Shown: positions 11,601-25,500 of the stretch, one piece after another | Layout: each line of letters starts with the position of its first letter | Position numbering within the stretch: position 1 is the first letter of the stretch | Assembly (NCBI GenBank): GCA_009602725.1 | Contig: WELB01000004.1 | Coordinates: 701,277 to 765,276 of the forward strand | Direction: 5' to 3' | Source: Spirogloea muscicola | Lineage: Eukaryota | DNA: 64,000 bases | Translations under genes and position numbers: made by a program | The notes under the pieces: model-generated | Database searches by the model: none | The model's input: the letters and a program-made list of their open reading frames with translations, nothing else | Told to the model about the DNA's origin: nothing

Positions 11601-14160
11601 GCTCGAGCTGCCGGCAGCCACTGCGCCTCCACCCTCAGTGACTTTCTCGAAGAGCTCTACAAGTGACACTGTACTTGGGGGGCAAAACAGGACCAGCACG
11701 AGGCTCGTCAGACTCCTCTATGTCGATAGTGCAGGGATCCGTCGAGTCAGGGTAAGCTGTCTTGCAGGCCTGTCATGTGATATGCTGCCATCAAGTGTTT
11801 ATCACATGATCGTCTCAAGAGTGCAGTTGCTTTTGTGCATCGCTGGCTTCTGATACGAGTGCTATTGGTGCAGGGCGTGCCCATTGAGCGCTTTGAGAGG
11901 GTGGTTTGTCAGCATGGCATAGGCATCACACAGGGCTGCATGGCGACGAGCTCACACAGCGATGCTCCTGCCAAAAACAGTGGCCTGACCGCGGTTGGGG
12001 AGGTTCACCTGGTGCCTGTCCATGCAGCGAGGCGGCAGCTTCCCTGGTACTGCTCCCAGATTAACCCCTTGGCCCCTATCAGTCCTCCAACGTCAGCCTT
12101 TTGTTAGTGTACTTTGACATTTTCCAACACAAGGTTCCAGCATCTCAAGGTTCAAACACAATGCAATTCTGAAGACCCTAGACTCCTGAAGTCTCAGTCA
12201 GTCTATGCAGGCAGCAGGAAGAGGACATGGTGATGGTCGAGATGCACACAGGGCCGGGCACAGCGTGGGACCTCTGCCCGCGAAGCACACTGCGGAGACT
12301 GCTGGCGACGCTTACTAAGGAGTTTGGTCTATCCTTGAGGGCAGGCTTTGAGGTCGAGTTCTCGCTTCTCAAGCCCAAACCCTCTCCAGGGTGAGTACCT
12401 ACAGCAGACGCACATGTGGATGTCCATTTGCTTGCTTGACTTCTCCTGCAGAGTTTGACCACGATTTTTTTCGTCATACTGCAGCATGGGGGCTGAGGGA
12501 CAAGAATTTGTTCCTGTGGACTGCCTCCCATACTGCTCCTCCGCTGCATTCGATGCACTTGCGCCGCTCCTTGCAAAGATGTCAACCACGATTGGCAAAA
12601 TGGGAGTGAGAATAGAGCAGGTAGTGCTTGGCAGCTTTTGCTCGGCCTCTGTCCAGCAAGAGAGTATTATTGTCGTGAATTATCTTGTCTACAAAGTGTG
12701 AGTTTGTGATAACAATCAGTCTGTGGGACAGGTACACTCAGAATCAGGCCACGGTCAATTTGAGTTTGCGCTTGGCCATGAGGAGGCCCTGCAGGCTGCA
12801 GACAACCTGCTCTACGCCAAAGAAGCGATCACCACCGTCAGCCGCGCAAGTGGCTATCATTCCACTTTCCTGCCAAAGTGAGCTCACTGTCAGCAGCTTA
12901 CTGGAGCAGACTGCACAGTAGCACAGCTTGGGAGCTAGGCGTCTATGCTCAGAGGCATGCTCAGAAAGACCATAATGGTAGACCCCTGCATCCTCTGTGA
13001 GGGTTGGCAGGAGCTCTGAGGACGGAGCAGCGAGTGGGTGCCACGTGCATCTCAGCTTGTGGACAGCGGGCGGCCAGAATGCCTTCTGCGAAGAGAATGA
13101 CGGAAAGGGGGTGTCGCGCACCGGCGAGAGCTTCATGGCTGGGGTGCTTGCGCACCTTCCGGCCCTGCTCCCCTTCACAGCGCCGCACCCAAACAGGTGG
13201 AAGCTGGACACTACTTGATCATTACATCCAAGTTTCTGCACACAAGATAATGTCCTGTCAAAAGCCTACATTGTTGTCGTACTGCTTTCAAGGACTTAGA
13301 TTGTCGCAAGTAATTCCACACATAATTATGTTCATACTGACATCATGTCCATGTGCAGCTACCTGCGACTGCAGCCAAATATGTGGGCCGGTGCGTATCA
13401 GTGCTGGGGCTTTGAGAACAGGGAGGCGCCATTGCGAGTTGCCAAGCCTCCCGGGCATGCCACAGCCACAAACTTCGAGCTCAAGGCATTCGATGGCTGT
13501 GCAAACCCCTACCTCGGCCTTGCTGCTGTCCTCGGAGCAGGCTTAGATGGCCTGCGAAGGGGCTTGCAGTTGCCTGAAGCCACTCGTAAGTTGCTGTAGT
13601 TGCAATTTGCAGCACCCTTTGCATAGCCTTAGTATCCTCCTCTTCTTCAATCACTATAGTGCAATGTTGTATGCACTAATTGCTGGAAATTGCAAGAGCA
13701 GAGAGAAGTGAATGTGTGCTGCCTGTGCTTCGATGCAGTGCTCAACCCAGCAGAGTCCCCTTCCGACGAGGTGAAAAGGCTTCCCGCGACGCTCCAAGAG
13801 GCCATCAATGAGCTCAGGCTGGATGCAGTCTTGAGTGAAGCTCTTGGTCCAAAGCTTGTGCAGTGCGTCTTGGCTGTCCGCGAGGTAAGGTTGATACCAG
13901 CAAAGCTGCAGACCAGTGAAGTTGATTATGTTTCCCTGTGCAATCTGCCATCTGTTGATGGACTACAGTGCTCTTTAATTGATATTTGAAAGCAACAAAA
14001 AACCTCAGCCATTATGGTGGTTAGATGCATGTAGTCTTCCTTAGACAGCGCTGTAGTTGAAACACAACTTCACTCTGCACTCATTGTTGTCTTGCAGGCC
14101 GAAGTGCGTCATTTTACTGTGAGTGATGTCATCAGCCAAGAACTCTTGCAGATCTACTGA
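8697..14160 (+). CDS. NodGS: Nodulin/glutamine synthetase-like protein (FluG-type amidohydrolase + GSI-like fusion)
   Basis: N-domain: VDQHCHN, FSEADG...[67 protein letters not shown]-domain: [76 protein letters not shown]. The reading frame is intact across the exons checked. Stop TGA 14158-14160. Confidence 0.94.
9726..9918 (+). other. Probable U12-type AT-AC intron in NodGS
   Basis: 5' end ATATCCAG at 9726, branch site TCCTTGAC at 9898-9905, terminal AC at 9917-9918. Removal joins ...[20 protein letters not shown] in frame. Confidence 0.8.
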
Positions 14161-14599
14161 ATGAGTTGCGGTAACGATACCACCAACTATGTGCTGTTGT
14201 CAGACAGTAGCAGACTGTGTGGTAATTCCTTCTTTCCCAACATAGTACAGAGGGCAGCATGTTCTGAGAATCACACAACATGCACACAACCGCTGGCACA
14301 TCAAGTTTGTCCAAAACATCAACTGCCTGTTTGTCGTTCCTGCACTCAAGCAATAATCTATCCTGAAGTCTTCATGAGCCCGCTTGCAAGAGTAAGATCT
14401 TATGTTGTCCTCCAGAATAATTTCATGTGGGGCTTGCAAGAGACGCATGCCCTGTTTTCTATGTACTCCAAGATCTGTTTGTGTTCACGTGGTAAAAAAG
14501 ACACTGGCCTACTACTTCACAAGGCAGCACCATACTTAACAGCACAGTGCTGTGGTCAGCGTGGAAGGATCACCAAGAAGAAGAATAAAGTGCAAAGTG

Positions 14600-14710
14600 C
14601 AGGCCATGTATGGGCAAGGTGGCAGCCCCACTCCACCAAGCGATGGCGAGGAGCCCAAGGAACCTGCACCTTGCAGTGATGACGTCATTGATGCCAATTT
14701 TACCAAAAGG
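14600..14710 (+). pseudogene. Isolated fragment resembling the extreme C-terminus of plastid Hsp70/DnaK
   Basis: QAMYGQGGSPTPPSDGEEPKEPAPCSDDVIDANFT matches the GQA(M/L)Y...DDVIDA(D/E)FT tail pattern. No other Hsp70 sequence is visible nearby. Confidence 0.55.
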
Positions 14711-14800
14711 AAATCTCTGCAGGAGCTGTTTGAAAATGAATATTATTTCGCAGCATAGTAAGCCATGTCGTGCTACATGCCATCAGTGGCTAAGAAATTG

Positions 14801-15190
14801 TCAAAGTGACAAGGACGCCAAGGAGGCTGCAGTTTCCAAATGGAAATTGCGTCTTTCATCCGTCTCGTGTGGAGGTATTTGCGGACACGGCACCTCCAAC
14901 CCGGCTTCGGTCAGGATACATCTACTTGCACCAAGTGCCATCTGGTCGATAGAGGTATCGCCTGACCGAAGCTGCATTGGAGACCATGCTCGCGCGTCCC
15001 TGCACATCACACAGATCATTGATGCCCCTCATATTCCTGAAGTTTGCAGCAACCTCGGCGTTATCACACTGACGCCCAATGAGCCAGCGAAGCTATGTGA
15101 AACGACTGCTGTCATGCCATATGACGTCAACTGGGGTACAACGTCGATAGGCCAGATCAGCAGGAACTTCACGTCATTGGTAGAGCAAAA
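14801..15190 (-). pseudogene. Possible decayed membrane-transporter fragment (weak ferroportin/IREG-like resemblance)
   Basis: LTSYGMTAVVSHSFAGSLGVSVITPRLLQTSGI*GASMICV...MALGASRC...LETAASLA with an internal stop at 15029-15031. The resemblance is by eye only. Confidence 0.2.
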
Positions 15191-15534
15191 CAGGTGAAAG
15201 TGTGATAGCAAGCTAAACACATAGGTTGGCTTGCACACTTCAACTGATTTGCCCTGCCGGCCACGTAGAGTATGACATGTCACCTACTTTCCTGCTGATC
15301 TGATCTCTAGAGATTGTTTGCCAGTCGACATCAGAAAGATGGCAGCCATCTAGGCAAACAGATGTCCAGCAAGGCATGAAAGGCTGCATGATCAAGCACA
15401 CAATAAGTATCCACTTACAGAGTGCTTGTTGAGCCCAGTCGATGCAGTCAAGAATAATGGCACCAGCAACAGTGCCAGACGGAGGATGAGTCTTGCTGGA
15501 CTTCAACTGAATGCTGATAGCCGATGAAGCCTGA

Positions 15535-18500
15535 TCACTCCAGCTCCGCTACGATGCGCTTCTTCCTCGCAGGCGGGTGTGGCACTGAGCCAGGCGCACT
15601 GTGCTCACGCCTTCGAGCATCCTTGGCGCGCTCTGCGTCCCTCATTGTGTGCCGCAGCTTCTCCACCTTGTAGATGGGCTTGGGCAGGTGCCTGTGCCTG
15701 CCCATAAGAGAGCTCACACGTAGCCTCCATCAACATGCAGCCTCAACCATATGGTATGATCTCCGCCACAGCAACATCGATGTGCAGTTGCAGCTCAAAT
15801 GCAGTCATGTAGCCTTCGACTCATATGAAGCTGCCACTGTTTGGAGTCCATTGGTGGCCACAAAGCAATCAGTCATGGGGGCAAACCCAAAAACCTGCAC
15901 TGAGCCAAGGGCTGGCTTCAGACCTGTCAATGCGCTTGATCTCTGGGAGGTGTTTGTAGCGATTCTTGATAGCCTCCATGTACGCCTGCTTCTTCTTCTC
16001 CCTGGGAAGCAACTGCACAAAGAATAAGTAGCACCACGGGTCAGCTCTGTAGCCCAGAAAAGCATGGCTTGTGGCCAGCTTCACTTCATCATCCACTATT
16101 TTGAACACAAGACGACATCCATTGACTCCATCATTCTATGGTTGCTCTCATTTTCCCCACCGCATTTACTCAAGGAGCTGCCAGGATGAGCCTGAGCAGG
16201 CAGAGCTAATGACAGTGGGACCCACCACGCCCATCTGCTGGGAAGCCTTGGCCTTCCACAGGCGAATGTTGGTGTCATCGCTGCCGGACAGGACATACGT
16301 GGCATCGCCGCTGAAGCGCACACTGAAGACCCTGCACAGCCAGCATCACAAAGCTTACATTAGAGGTCGGCATTTCTCTTCCAAGTGCACATTCAGTCAT
16401 TCTGTGCTGAAGATGCATCAGAACTCTTCAATCCGCATGGCGAGCTGCAATGCCTCTGTACCGCTGCATCCGCTTGGTATGATAGACCTCCCGGCTGTGG
16501 CCCCCATTGTACGGAAAGATGCGCACCTGGGCATCACAACACAACTGTGGCGCTAAGGGACGCTGCAGCACATAACTAGCTCGCAACACGATTCTTGAGA
16601 AAACAGACAAGGCTTTGGCAACATGCAAAGGTAGCGTGCAAGTGAACTGACGGTTCGATCGTATGAGCCAGTGACAAACTCTCTTCCAGTGGGGGAGAAA
16701 TCTACGTCCATCCTGCAGACACAAAAGCCACAACAAGCCAGCATATAGCAAAGGCTGCGCATTGATGTGTATCATCCAAGGGAGCACCCAGATGTGTCTG
16801 AGCATGACATTGAGCTGAATGACAGTTGGTTCTGCGACAAATGCCAGGTGACAACATTTCTGTGCAAGGATGAGGGCGCAAGATGTGAGCTCACTTACAC
16901 GGCGGACACATGATCCTCGTGAACGCACAGCGCAGTCTTGAGCTTGCGCATGTCATATGTATAGCACCGGCAGTCCTCGTTGGCCTGCATGCACAGTGAG
17001 TACAGACTTTACACCAGGGCTTTGGGGGAGGACTCAGAGAGGGAGTCCAGAGTCTACAGTCTGGTCAAGCTCAGTCTGTGAAGGCAAGTCGCTTCCACCA
17101 TCTTGGCTGCTCTTCAATCCAGTCACTAGACATGCCACTCTGCCGCTGATAACGTTCCAAGTCATTAGCGGGCAGGCTTAGTGTCACTCTGCTGCAGCTT
17201 CAGGCCGAGATGAGACACGAGACCAATGGTGACATACAGCGACAAAGTTGAACGGTTCGCGGGGGTTCCAGGCGACTGCATTTGTCCTCGTCTGACAGGG
17301 TGCCACACGCGGCTAGTCAGGAGTGCTTGTATTGAGTCAAGCAAGAGCGCGATTCCAACAAGCGCTGCATGCCTCACTTCTACAGTAATTTTAGCAGCCT
17401 TGGACTGCTGTCGTGAGGGCTGGGAATCATACAAAGACTTCTCCACACCTATCTCTCATCATTAACACTGTGTACCAGGAATCAAGTGTAAGCTCACCTG
17501 CATGACGAGCTTGCGTAGAGGGGTGCCCATGCGCATGTCATACAGAGCGATGCTCCGGTCCCTGAGGAGAATGCGGGAACAAGCACGCCACGTGGTGAGC
17601 TCAACAACCTTGAAGACCCCTGACTGTGGAGCCAGCAGTGCAGCCAGTGAAGCCATGGCACAGGAGCGCAGCAGCAGCAATCAGGCTACGACAGCAACAA
17701 GGTAAGTGGAAGTTCACGGTCAGAGTTGTGGTGGTCAGCAAGGCATCTGCAAGAGGGCACGCACGAGGCTGTGGAGGCGAAGATGTCGGGCTCTGCAGGG
17801 TTGCAGCGCACAGACACCACGGTGTCGGCCCCCCACGAGAACGTCTGCACCGGCTCCGACCTGGCTATGCCCGGCACGAAAGGCAGGTCAGCCACAGACA
17901 GGATGCAATAGCCAACTGTCAAGATTTATGCGAGTCCTCTAGGAGACAAAGTGAGGATTCACTGCCTGGACCAAACCAAACCTGCTCCATTTCATGTAAA
18001 ATTGCAGCATAACTGCGGCCTATAGATGATCCCGTGCGGGCTGCTGAGGTTGCGCCAACATACCGGTTCTGGTCCCACACGTCGACCTGGGCGCCCGCTG
18101 TCACAAACGTGCTGCCCTTCGACCTGTGGTCCACGGCTCTGTGCCCCCAGGCAGCCACCCCCGCCGGCCCACGCTCGTGCTTGGCGCGGGTAAGTGTCAT
18201 GCCCTCTGCAAGTGGCACTGGGCTTACTTTGCGTACTGGGGCACCATTGGACAGCTCACCGAAAGGAGTTGCGGCCCTGGAATACTGTCACCGCCTGCAG
18301 CAAGAGCGCAGGGCAAGCACATGAGCTGTCGAGAGCTGCACGCCTGCACGCCTTGATCGTAGGCCCTACTCCTTATGACAATCCTAGGCCGAAGGACTTG
18401 AGCTGACCACGCTGGCGCAACAGCGGCGGCCTCCCGTCACTGGCCAACTTGGTGGCCTTAGCAAGCGGCCAATCCTCAAAGCTGGAGTGGTCATCGCATG

Positions 18501-19282
18501 GGCGAGGCTAGGATCTGCACCTCCTGCTGGGCAGCGCCGCCGTCGCTGCTGCCAGCATGGTTGCCCATCTCCGATGCCGGCATGCTCCAGAGTCGGATGC
18601 TGGCTCATCAACCGCCACCGTGCAGAGCACGCCATCAGCACCACAGCTATCTCGGCGCCGTGGCACTCGCGGTGATGTGCAAGCGAGGGTGCAGAGGCAC
18701 GACTGCGGAGCACCCACGTGCAGTCGTCTCCGCAGGAGAGGGCATGCAGGCCGTCGGGTGCGATGGCGACGCCGCGGACGGCGCCGCGGTGGCCGCGGAG
18801 GCTGGCAGCGGTCCTCCTGCGAGCACAGCGGCCGAGCCAGAGAAGCGCAACGCCGTCGGCACCACTGTCAGCCGGAGGCTCGAGGCCACAGGCGCCATCA
18901 CTGGACCTCCGCAGATGGGGTTGAGTTTTAGGCCATGGAGCTCACCTGTTGGCAAGGTCCCACAGCCGCACGTCTGCGGCACACAGCCAGCGCCACGACA
19001 GCGGCAGGCAGGCAGTCAGCAGGGGCAGCCGGCGGCGGCGCGGCCATGGCCGCAAAGGAGGGGCTTGGGTGCGGCCGCACCTCCGTCCATGGCGCCGGAC
19101 AGGAGGGTGGCGAGCGCCGCAGGGCTGCGGGCGAGGCACGCCACGCCATCGCGGTGGCCCTCGAGCGCGCCCACAAACGGCTTCGCAAACACCTGGGCGC
19201 CGTCGGCAGCGGCGCCGGCGCCGGCTGAGCCCTCGGTCTGGCTGCGGTGTCGGCGGCCGCGGCGGCGGCGGCGGCGGCGGCA
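15535..19282 (-). CDS. DCAF13: DDB1- and CUL4-associated factor 13 / Sof1 WD40 U3 snoRNP protein; 5' end in gap
   Basis: VFAKPFVGALEGHRDGVACLA, DVRLWD, GHRGAVRG, AVDH...FVTAGAQVDVWD, SWGADTVVSVRCNPAEP, AWNPREPFNF, MDVDFSPTGREFVTGSYDRT, SREVYHTKRMQR. The Sof1 tail RYKHLPEIKRIDR|HRHLPKPIY...RKKRIVAELE* ends at 15535. Confidence 0.94.
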
Positions 19283-20162
19283 NNNNNNNNNNNNNNNNNN
19301 NNNNNNNNNNNNNNNNNNNNNNNNNNNNNNNNNNNNNNNNNNNNNNNNNNNNNNNNNNNNNNNNNNNNNNNNNNNNNNNNNNNNNNNNNNNNNNNNNNNN
19401 NNNNNNNNNNNNNNNNNNNNNNNNNNNNNNNNNNNNNNNNNNNNNNNNNNNNNNNNNNNNNNNNNNNNNNNNNNNNNNNNNNNNNNNNNNNNNNNNNNNN
19501 NNNNNNNNNNNNNNNNNNNNNNNNNNNNNNNNNNNNNNNNNNNNNNNNNNNNNNNNNNNNNNNNNNNNNNNNNNNNNNNNNNNNNNNNNNNNNNNNNNNN
19601 NNNNNNNNNNNNNNNNNNNNNNNNNNNNNNNNNNNNNNNNNNNNNNNNNNNNNNNNNNNNNNNNNNNNNNNNNNNNNNNNNNNNNNNNNNNNNNNNNNNN
19701 NNNNNNNNNNNNNNNNNNNNNNNNNNNNNNNNNNNNNNNNNNNNNNNNNNNNNNNNNNNNNNNNNNNNNNNNNNNNNNNNNNNNNNNNNNNNNNNNNNNN
19801 NNNNNNNNNNNNNNNNNNNNNNNNNNNNNNNNNNNNNNNNNNNNNNNNNNNNNNNNNNNNNNNNNNNNNNNNNNNNNNNNNNNNNNNNNNNNNNNNNNNN
19901 NNNNNNNNNNNNNNNNNNNNNNNNNNNNNNNNNNNNNNNNNNNNNNNNNNNNNNNNNNNNNNNNNNNNNNNNNNNNNNNNNNNNNNNNNNNNNNNNNNNN
20001 NNNNNNNNNNNNNNNNNNNNNNNNNNNNNNNNNNNNNNNNNNNNNNNNNNNNNNNNNNNNNNNNNNNNNNNNNNNNNNNNNNNNNNNNNNNNNNNNNNNN
20101 NNNNNNNNNNNNNNNNNNNNNNNNNNNNNNNNNNNNNNNNNNNNNNNNNNNNNNNNNNNNNN

Positions 20163-20226
<64 letters not shown>
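19283..20226. other. Assembly gap (19283-20162) followed by a 64-nt poly(A) run
   Basis: Ns, then A from 20163 to 20226. Confidence 0.95.
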
Positions 20227-20229
<3 letters not shown>

Positions 20230-21654
20230 GGGCTGAACGCGGGCAGTTTCGGCACAGAGCGGGCGGCGAGGGCCAGGAGCGCGGACCGCCTGCCGGGCAG
20301 AGCCGCCGCAGCCGCCGCCGGAGAACCTGGGGCCGCCGGCGACCGCAGGCCGCAGCCGGCGCTGGGCGAGAGCCAGCGCCGGGAGTTCCTGCGCCTGCTC
20401 CGCGAGGCCGAGGGCCGCATGGCCGCCGACGACGAGCTGGAGGGCCGCCGGCCCGCGGGAAGCTCCGCCGGCGGCCATGGCCAGCTGCGGGAGCTCGACA
20501 AGGACGAGGACGTGGGGGACGACGGCGGCGGCGGCATTGGCCTTCTGGGCTGGGACCCAGATCGGCGCCACGGCGCCAGGGCCGTCTCGCTGGTCGAGGA
20601 CGGGGACGAGGAGGACAAGGCGCAGCCGGCGACGTTCGGCGGTGGCGCGATGACTGACGCGGCGCTGGCGGCCATGGAAGTGGTTGACCTCGACGACCCC
20701 GCCGCGAAGCCGTTCCAGTACCGCCCCGAGCGCCTCTTCTTCCCCGGCCAGTCCTACGACCTCGAGGTGCGCCACGGCAGCCGCTGGTGGAGCTCCGCGC
20801 CGGCTCCATCTCTGCTGCCACTCTTGGCTGATGCTCGCCGCCCACCTTGCCCACCCTCGCAGGACCTGGACCTCACCAAGCCGCCGGCGGCGAAGCCTAT
20901 GGTGGTGAAGAAGCAGCGTGCCGTTCACACCACGCGCACCGTCCTGGACCAAGCTGACTTCCGGGTACTGGATCGCCCCTGCCGCTGCCGCTGCCGCCTA
21001 GTCGTCTTGGCATCAGTTGTGGGCTTGCCTGCGGCAGGCTGGGCAGTCCTACTTTGGCAGCACTCCGCAGGAGCCTCTGCACACACCTTGTCGCTGGCCG
21101 AGCGCGCTGTCAAAGCGGTCTTCGGAAAGTGCTCAGCTCAAGCACTGCGGCTGCAGAGCCGCGAGTCAGCAAGCCGTCAAGCCTCAGGCACGCACGGGCT
21201 GAGGCATGTGTGAACATACACAGACGTTCACACCTATGCCTCTTGACGGGCATTCTTGTTGGTGCAGAATGTGCGGTTCCTGGCGAACTACCTCACGGAC
21301 ACAGGGAACCTTGTCCCGCGCCGACAGGTGAACGCTCAGCTTCAGCGATCGGGCAGCTTGTGCAATGTGCCTGCCTGCAGGCTGATCCGGAGTAGCTTGT
21401 TGATTGCAGTCAATGCCAACTTGTCTCTTCAACATACTATCAAATGCTTCAATCTGGTGTCCGAGCACCTGATGCCAAATGTATTGCCGCTGCTGGCGCA
21501 GACAAGGGTAAGTGCCAAGGCCCAGCGGAAGATGGTGCGGGAGGTGAAGACGGCACGCGCACTCGGGCTGCTGCCCTTTACCAGCATTGGGCGGCCGCCG
21601 TTCCGCGCCCACCGCTTCCGACAGGGCCGCCCCTCTGACCTCGATGGGTCTTGA
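20227..21654 (+). CDS. Nuclear-encoded mitochondrial ribosomal protein S18 (bS18m); 5' end in gap
   Basis: Exons: FQYRPERLFFPGQSYDLE | DLDLTKP...TTRTVLDQADFR | NVRFLANYLTDTGNLVPRRQ | TRVSAKAQRKMVREVKTARALGLLPFT, which is the S18 signature. Long acidic N-terminal extension. Stop at 21654. Confidence 0.88.
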
Positions 21655-22527
21655 CTCCGCATTCTTAGCGCCACTGCTTTAGACAGGCTGCGGTGCTCAT
21701 TTGCGTAGTGGATAGCAGGCAACTTGGTTGAAGGCTATCTTACATGCTTGAGAGCGCATCGAGGATGGTTGTCTATGCAACGCACGCCATTACATGGCCA
21801 CCCTTGTGACTCATACCACAAGATGCTCCTTGTGAAGGACAGTCTATGGGAAGGCCAAAGCCTACATAAATCAGAGCCCAGCACGGGGCAACACTGTAGT
21901 TGTCGCTCTGCCCACCTCAGGTGGCCTCTTGGTTCTCCAAGATGATTGTGCTCATCCGGGTTGAAGGAGCAAGCTGCAACCCATGAACGTGGAGCTCCTC
22001 AGCAGCGACAATGTGTATCCCTAATGCAGCTCACGTTGCGGAGCTGAGCTAAGCTGAGCTCCCACAGGCCCCAATACATGACACTTATAGTCATACTGAA
22101 CCTCCCCTGCGGGGCAGGACAGAGTGAGTACCCAAGCAGCAACATCCTCCGCACTGCACGAATTGCAAAGTCTGACCAAAGAGTGACTGGTCTTGTAATG
22201 CGATGCTTTTCTATGACGGTAGGTCCACTGATCATCCCACGAGACCTCAGAAATTTGCAGCAGGGTCCGTCCGATATGTCAACGCTTTACTTCCCTTGGA
22301 AGAGTCCCCAGATCACTGACTAAGTAATAAGATGTGACTTTATTCGTGTATGCAAACACAAGCACAACTCCACATACAAGTAGTAGAGCAAGGGCGGATT
22401 GCTTGAGCAACTTTGCTTTGCACCTTCGCTACTTGAATTCATACAGGCTGCTTATGAGATGCTGGCTAAGCTTGACACAGGTGCCTCAGGACTTCTAGGC
22501 TCTCGCAGCCCGCTGCACCTCTAAGTG

Positions 22528-25500
22528 CTAGGATGTCTCAGACAGCTGTCTTCCCTCTTTTAGATGCATCATGCGCGCCTGTAGCCTGAAGGCACTGACG
22601 GCCCGTGTTTGAGCTCGGTCTGTACTCATGAGGGGCAATCGGCTGCCACCAAGCTCCGCTGACTTCTGCTCTGCCGCAGAGGGTAGCACATTCTGGTGGT
22701 CTCGGTGGACCCCTGCAGCACCCTGCACTGCACCAACTGCTGCCTGAATGCTGCGCATGCGCTCGAGGAGGACTGCAAGATTGGTTGGAGTGCCTGCAAT
22801 GTCGATAGGGAAGGGCCAATCAGCTACAAGCATGCACAAGCTGATGTTGCCACAGCGAGACAAAAGTCACCAACATGCATATGGTGAGGACGGTGCAAAG
22901 TGATCTAGTGCTGCTTTTCCTGCTGGCCTACAACAGCCTGCACGCACTCTCAGGACCAAGATCAGTATACGAATCAGCTCAATAGTATTGCATGAAAGCC
23001 AGATTGAGCGATGACAGACCAGGGGCAGGGGGGGCGGTTGGCAGAGAGTATAAATTGTCAAGCTTCATGCTGCTGTGCGGGCGTGCCAATTGACCAGGCC
23101 GTTCTAAACTGTCGCCTTCTGCTGCATTGACGGCGGGCGGTGTCAAAGGAGCAGCAGAGTCTTCTGGCAGCCTACTAGCGAGGTTCTCCTCAACCTGTTG
23201 CAGGGCAACTGGAGTCTCAGAAGAAGCATGCAGATTCATGGTGGACAGTGACAATGGAGTGAGGAAAGTAAGATATACAGCGGGTGAACATGCTCTCAGA
23301 TCCGTGCGCGACTTGCAGTAATCAGCCACTGCTTGCAGTGCAATTACCTGGGCGAGACCGTTGCGGATGAAGGAGTGGAATGTGTCGCTTGTGTTATGAA
23401 GATGAGAGAAAATGTCAACTCGAGGATTCTGCTGCCTGAATTTGTATAGCTCATACATGCCATCCATGCTCGTCTTCTTCTCACTTACTCGCCTCATGAT
23501 TACTGCTAGCTTCTCCTGGCAACAATTGATGGACAAATAGATGGACCAACGGCTAGCTTTGTCAGAGCAATACAGGAGGAAGATAGACGGAAGATAGAAG
23601 GAAGATAGAATAGAGGGGAGATGGAGGAACATAGAAGGTGGCTCCCTGAGAAGAAGAGCGGCTATGCAAAGCAGGGGTGAAGACTTGCTCAACAACCACA
23701 ATGCAGGCTAGCACATGCTTCTTAGCATCTGCAGAAGCGCACCTTGATATTGATATCTGGGTCAGAAGTGGCATGCTTAGGCCCCAATCGACTCCCAGAC
23801 ATGTGCCCCTCTGCAAGGCTCTGCATCCAAGCCAGACCAGCAATAAGGAAAAACAAGAGTACAGCTATGCTTACTATTTGCAGGAGAATCCTGGCTGACG
23901 TTCCTGCAGAGACTCCTTACAGATGTGCTGCCTCTAATGTGATGGAAGCATCATCATGATGGAAGCAATCATCCTGTTCACCTGCAGATTGAGGTCAATC
24001 AGATTGAGCATTGTAGGAGGGGGAATCCTGTCGAGGGGTACAAGTGACAGGTAACCCTTGATTGACGGGCCCTGTACCCGGCACAACTCGAAGAGCACTG
24101 TCTTCACCATTACTAGACGCTGGTCATTGACTGCAGCCCTGTCAATCAAAGTTGAGGCCCCATCCTATCAGTTCCAAGACCTTGCTGTGGCCACTGTCAT
24201 AGCAAGAAGGAATACAAGCACTGCCATATGAAGACTGTCCTTCTAGGAGGTTGTGGCAGGCAAGCCAGTATGACAGACCTCTGTCGCATGTCGTCTGGGT
24301 TGATCACATCCAAGAAGTCATGAATGCACTTGAGGACAGTGTCCAAATCGAGTTCACTGATGAGGGATGGAAATACCTGCATGGGGAGTGCTCATCAGCC
24401 AGTTAACATGTTTAGGCCTAAGTTCAGTTGGCACTGTCATGCATGGAGGCCATATTAGATAGCAAAGTGCCACAAGAAACACATCTGAAGGCAACAGCAG
24501 GTGCATACCAAGGTTGCCCACACTGCTATCTAAGAAAAGGCAGTGCATGAGCCGATTTACCTTGCAAAGTTTCATGAGGCACTTCATGACGATGGAGTTA
24601 AACTTCTCTCCTCTAGGACCAAGGTAAGCTTCCGTAGCAAGGCCACATCCAGGCTTCTCACCGTCCCTCGGGTATAGCCCAATGAGGGCAGTGACTAATG
24701 TTGTTGGGTCACCAGCTTCCTGTGACACTGACGGTGTGTCAGTAAGCAGTAAGCAGTAAGCAGTAAGCATGCATGACACTGAAGAATATGTTAGTACTGG
24801 CATACACAAATCAAGCTCTTATTGCTGACAGCTGCCATTCACAATCTGGGTGATCTGGGAGTCTTGACCAGTATTCTGAAGATGATGGAATTGAGCCTCC
24901 TGATGGCTTCTGAACCCTCCTCCATTTCGGCAACACAATCACTGATCAACCACATGATCAGGTTCCCCAGCAAAGCTTGCAGTGCTTCAGTCCCAACGCG
25001 CCTTGCTAGTCGTGGCATCATGAAAATCTGCACCACCTCTTCACGTATCGTCACCTTGTGAAGTATGCATAGCGATTGATATACACGACCCAAGAGTCTA
25101 TTCAAAGCGCTTCTACAACCGAGTTGTGGCATCTCAGATTTCTGCACCCTCTTCCCATATGGTCACCATTGGCACCGTGAATTATGCAAAAGCAGTCTGC
25201 AAGACCCAAGTCTATCGAAAGCGGTCCTACAATCGAGTCAAGTTGATTGACCAAACAAGCAGCTCAAGCTTGTAATTCAGTGAACCTGCTGAGTCAGGTT
25301 GTAAGAGCAGCAACAAATATGAGCATGTGATAAGATGACGCGATGAGCGGTGACCATATGCTTGTGAATGTGAGTAGAAACTTGCTACAACTTACAGACA
25401 ATAGCGTCTTCAGGCTGTACTTAGAAAGCCTGACAGCTGCTCGTAGATCTTGTTCTGAAAAAGCTTTCATTACCTGAGAGCAGAAGACACAGAGAATGCT

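Noticed and set aside
20163..20226. 64-nt poly(A) as a retroposon tail or poly-Lys coding tract
   Set aside because: It abuts an N-gap and runs straight into S18 coding-like sequence, so it is most likely a sequencing or gap-filling artefact.
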